Of a DNA stretch of 64,000 bases, positions 61,822 to 64,000 are shown one piece after another. Location of the stretch: the NCBI GenBank assembly GCA_965209055.1, contig OZ242374.1, forward strand, positions 4,704,001-4,768,000. Reading direction: 5' to 3'. Source of the stretch: Acidobacteriota bacterium (GTDB taxonomy: Bacteria > Acidobacteriota > UBA6911 > RPQK01 > JAJDTT01). Within the stretch, counting starts at the first letter, position 1; each line of letters starts with the position of its first letter. The translations under genes and the position numbers were made by a program. Below the pieces are notes generated by a model. That model had not been told where the DNA came from. It did no database searches and saw only the letters and a list, made by a program, of their open reading frames with translations.

Positions 61822-62811
61822 ATGCCCAATCAAGCCCACGAGAAACTCAAAAAAATCGCAGACAGGATGAAATCTGAACGGGATAGCGGGGCCATGCCTG
61901 TTGCGGAATTCACGACGGTCCGTGAGCTTCTGGGTTGGTTCAACTATTCGCGCCGAAGCGACAGGCTCATCAGGCGGATCAGGACCAAATTCGCGGAACT
62001 CGATCTCCGCACGGTCCCCGATTTCGAGCGAGAGCACATCGACGGCGATATCGCGATCGAACTGGACATGGAGGCGACGGGTGTCGGGAACGAGCCGGCC
62101 GATCCGACCGTGCGTATCCGCGTACTTCCGACGGCCCGCTGCAAACTAACGAGCGTGCAGCCGAACAACCCGCTCGCCAAAGCGACGACACTCATGTTGA
62201 TCGAGGATTTCTCACAACTGCCGGTGATGACAAACGAACGCGACGTGAAGGGCGTGGTCAGTTGGCGGTCGATCGGAACAGCCTACACGCTCGGATGCAA
62301 GAGCGACGAGGTCCGCGACTGGATGGAATCCCCTCGGGAAATAGGCATCAATGCTCCCTTGTTCAATGCGATCAAGGACATCTGGGAACATGGATACGTT
62401 CTCGTTCGAGACATCGACCGGACAATCTCAGGAATAGTAACGGCAAGTGATTTCGCCATACAGTTCGCGCAGCTTGCCCAACCGTTCCTGACCATTGGCG
62501 AAATCGAACTCCATCTGCGGAATCTCGTGAGTAAATTCACTCTCGAAGAGATGAGGAAGGAGTCCGATGATCCAAACAGACCGATCGAAGGCTCGTGGGA
62601 CCTCAACTTCGGCGCCTATTGCCGCCTGATTGAGAACCCGGATCGATGGGACAGGTTGGGATTGCAGGTCGATCGCGCCACCTTCATACACAACTTGGGC
62701 CAGATCCGGGAGTTGCGAAACGAGGTGATGCATTTCGCGCCTGACGGCCTGGACCCGGAGGAGGTCGACAAGCTGGAACGCGTTGCCATGTTCCTCCGCA
62801 TGTTGACCTGA
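61822..62811 (+). CDS. CBS-pair plus HEPN-like domain protein
   Basis: CBS motifs FSQLPV...GVVSW and GIVTASD; C-terminal IE..LR...IRELRNEVMHF (RX4H). Confidence 0.78.
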   Translation: MPNQAHEKLKKIADRMKSERDSGAMPVAEFTTVRELLGWFNYSRRSDRLIRRIRTKFAELDLRTVPDFEREHIDGDIAIELDMEATGVGNEPADPTVRIRVLPTARCKLTSVQPNNPLAKATTLMLIEDFSQLPVMTNERDVKGVVSWRSIGTAYTLGCKSDEVRDWMESPREIGINAPLFNAIKDIWEHGYVLVRDIDRTISGIVTASDFAIQFAQLAQPFLTIGEIELHLRNLVSKFTLEEMRKESDDPNRPIEGSWDLNFGAYCRLIENPDRWDRLGLQVDRATFIHNLGQIRELRNEVMHFAPDGLDPEEVDKLERVAMFLRMLT

Positions 62812-62861
62812 AGTTGCGATGCGGCTGTTTTGGGATTTCGAGTGAAACGTTGAAGAAGAAT

Positions 62862-62885
62862 GGGGGACAGGAATGTCCCCCCTCC
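62862..62885. repeat. REP-like palindrome (family 2)
   Basis: GGGGGACA-GGAA-TGTCCCCC followed by CTCC; degenerate copies at 14943-14959 and 51945-51960. Confidence 0.55.
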
Positions 62886-62892
62886 AAACGGC

Positions 62893-63581
<689 letters not shown>

Positions 63582-63585
<4 letters not shown>

Positions 63586-64000
63586 CCGGTTTCCCTCGGC
63601 GTGGCGGCTTCGGCTCCGGAGTCCAGGTGCGTGCGAAAGAAAGTGACCTGAACATCCATTTCCGGCCGAAGGTACTGATCCGGTTTCAGAACCTGGACCT
63701 TCACCTCGATCGTGGCCCGCTGCCGGTTGGCTTCCGGCGCGATCTCGTCCAACTCACATTCGTATTCCCGGGCCGGATAGGCGATAGGAGACATCTTGCA
63801 TCCGTTCTCCGGCGAGATGTTGTGAAAGTCCGACTGGCTGATATCCATCTCCACTTGCAGATCATTCAGATCCGCCAACGCCACCAGGACGGCTCCCCCC
63901 ATAAAATAAGCCGAGACCATTTCGCCGACTTCGACGACCCGCTCCAGGATCGTGCCGCTGACGGGCGCCCGGATCTCCGTTTCCTTCAATTGGGTCTGCC
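63582..64000 (-). CDS. Efflux RND membrane-fusion protein, C-terminal part (window edge)
   Basis: [35 protein letters not shown]. Confidence 0.85.

Overview
GC-rich bacterial chromosomal window. The gene repertoire (Acidobacteria-type VWA protein, DUF1501 plus planctomycete-type cytochrome c pair, plant-like LRR/metallopeptidase protein) suggests an Acidobacteriota-like, possibly marine sponge-associated organism; this is an inference. Core genes (gcvPA/gcvPB, comEC, coaX, purH, selA, feoAB, many exported catabolic hydrolases, an ABC/RND pair) are interrupted by accessory DNA. Main observation: a ~10.6 kb tyrosine-integrase element (17841-28463) has integrated inside a REP-like palindrome. 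It is bounded by an 11-bp direct repeat (GATTGGAAATC) that is the core of the REP arm, and it carries matching 18-bp arm-type sites and IHF-like sites. Its cargo is an excisionase, a coupled three-gene HEPN module and a Type I R-M system. A decayed second copy of the same element end (~4490-4673) sits in the same arm position of another REP pair, which suggests a REP-targeting integrative element family. A second accessory island (~37.8-47 kb) is a patchwork of defence-like genes and gene fragments joined at a recurring ~21-23 bp motif. No tRNA, rRNA or CRISPR array was recognised. All family assignments were made by eye from motifs, without database searches.
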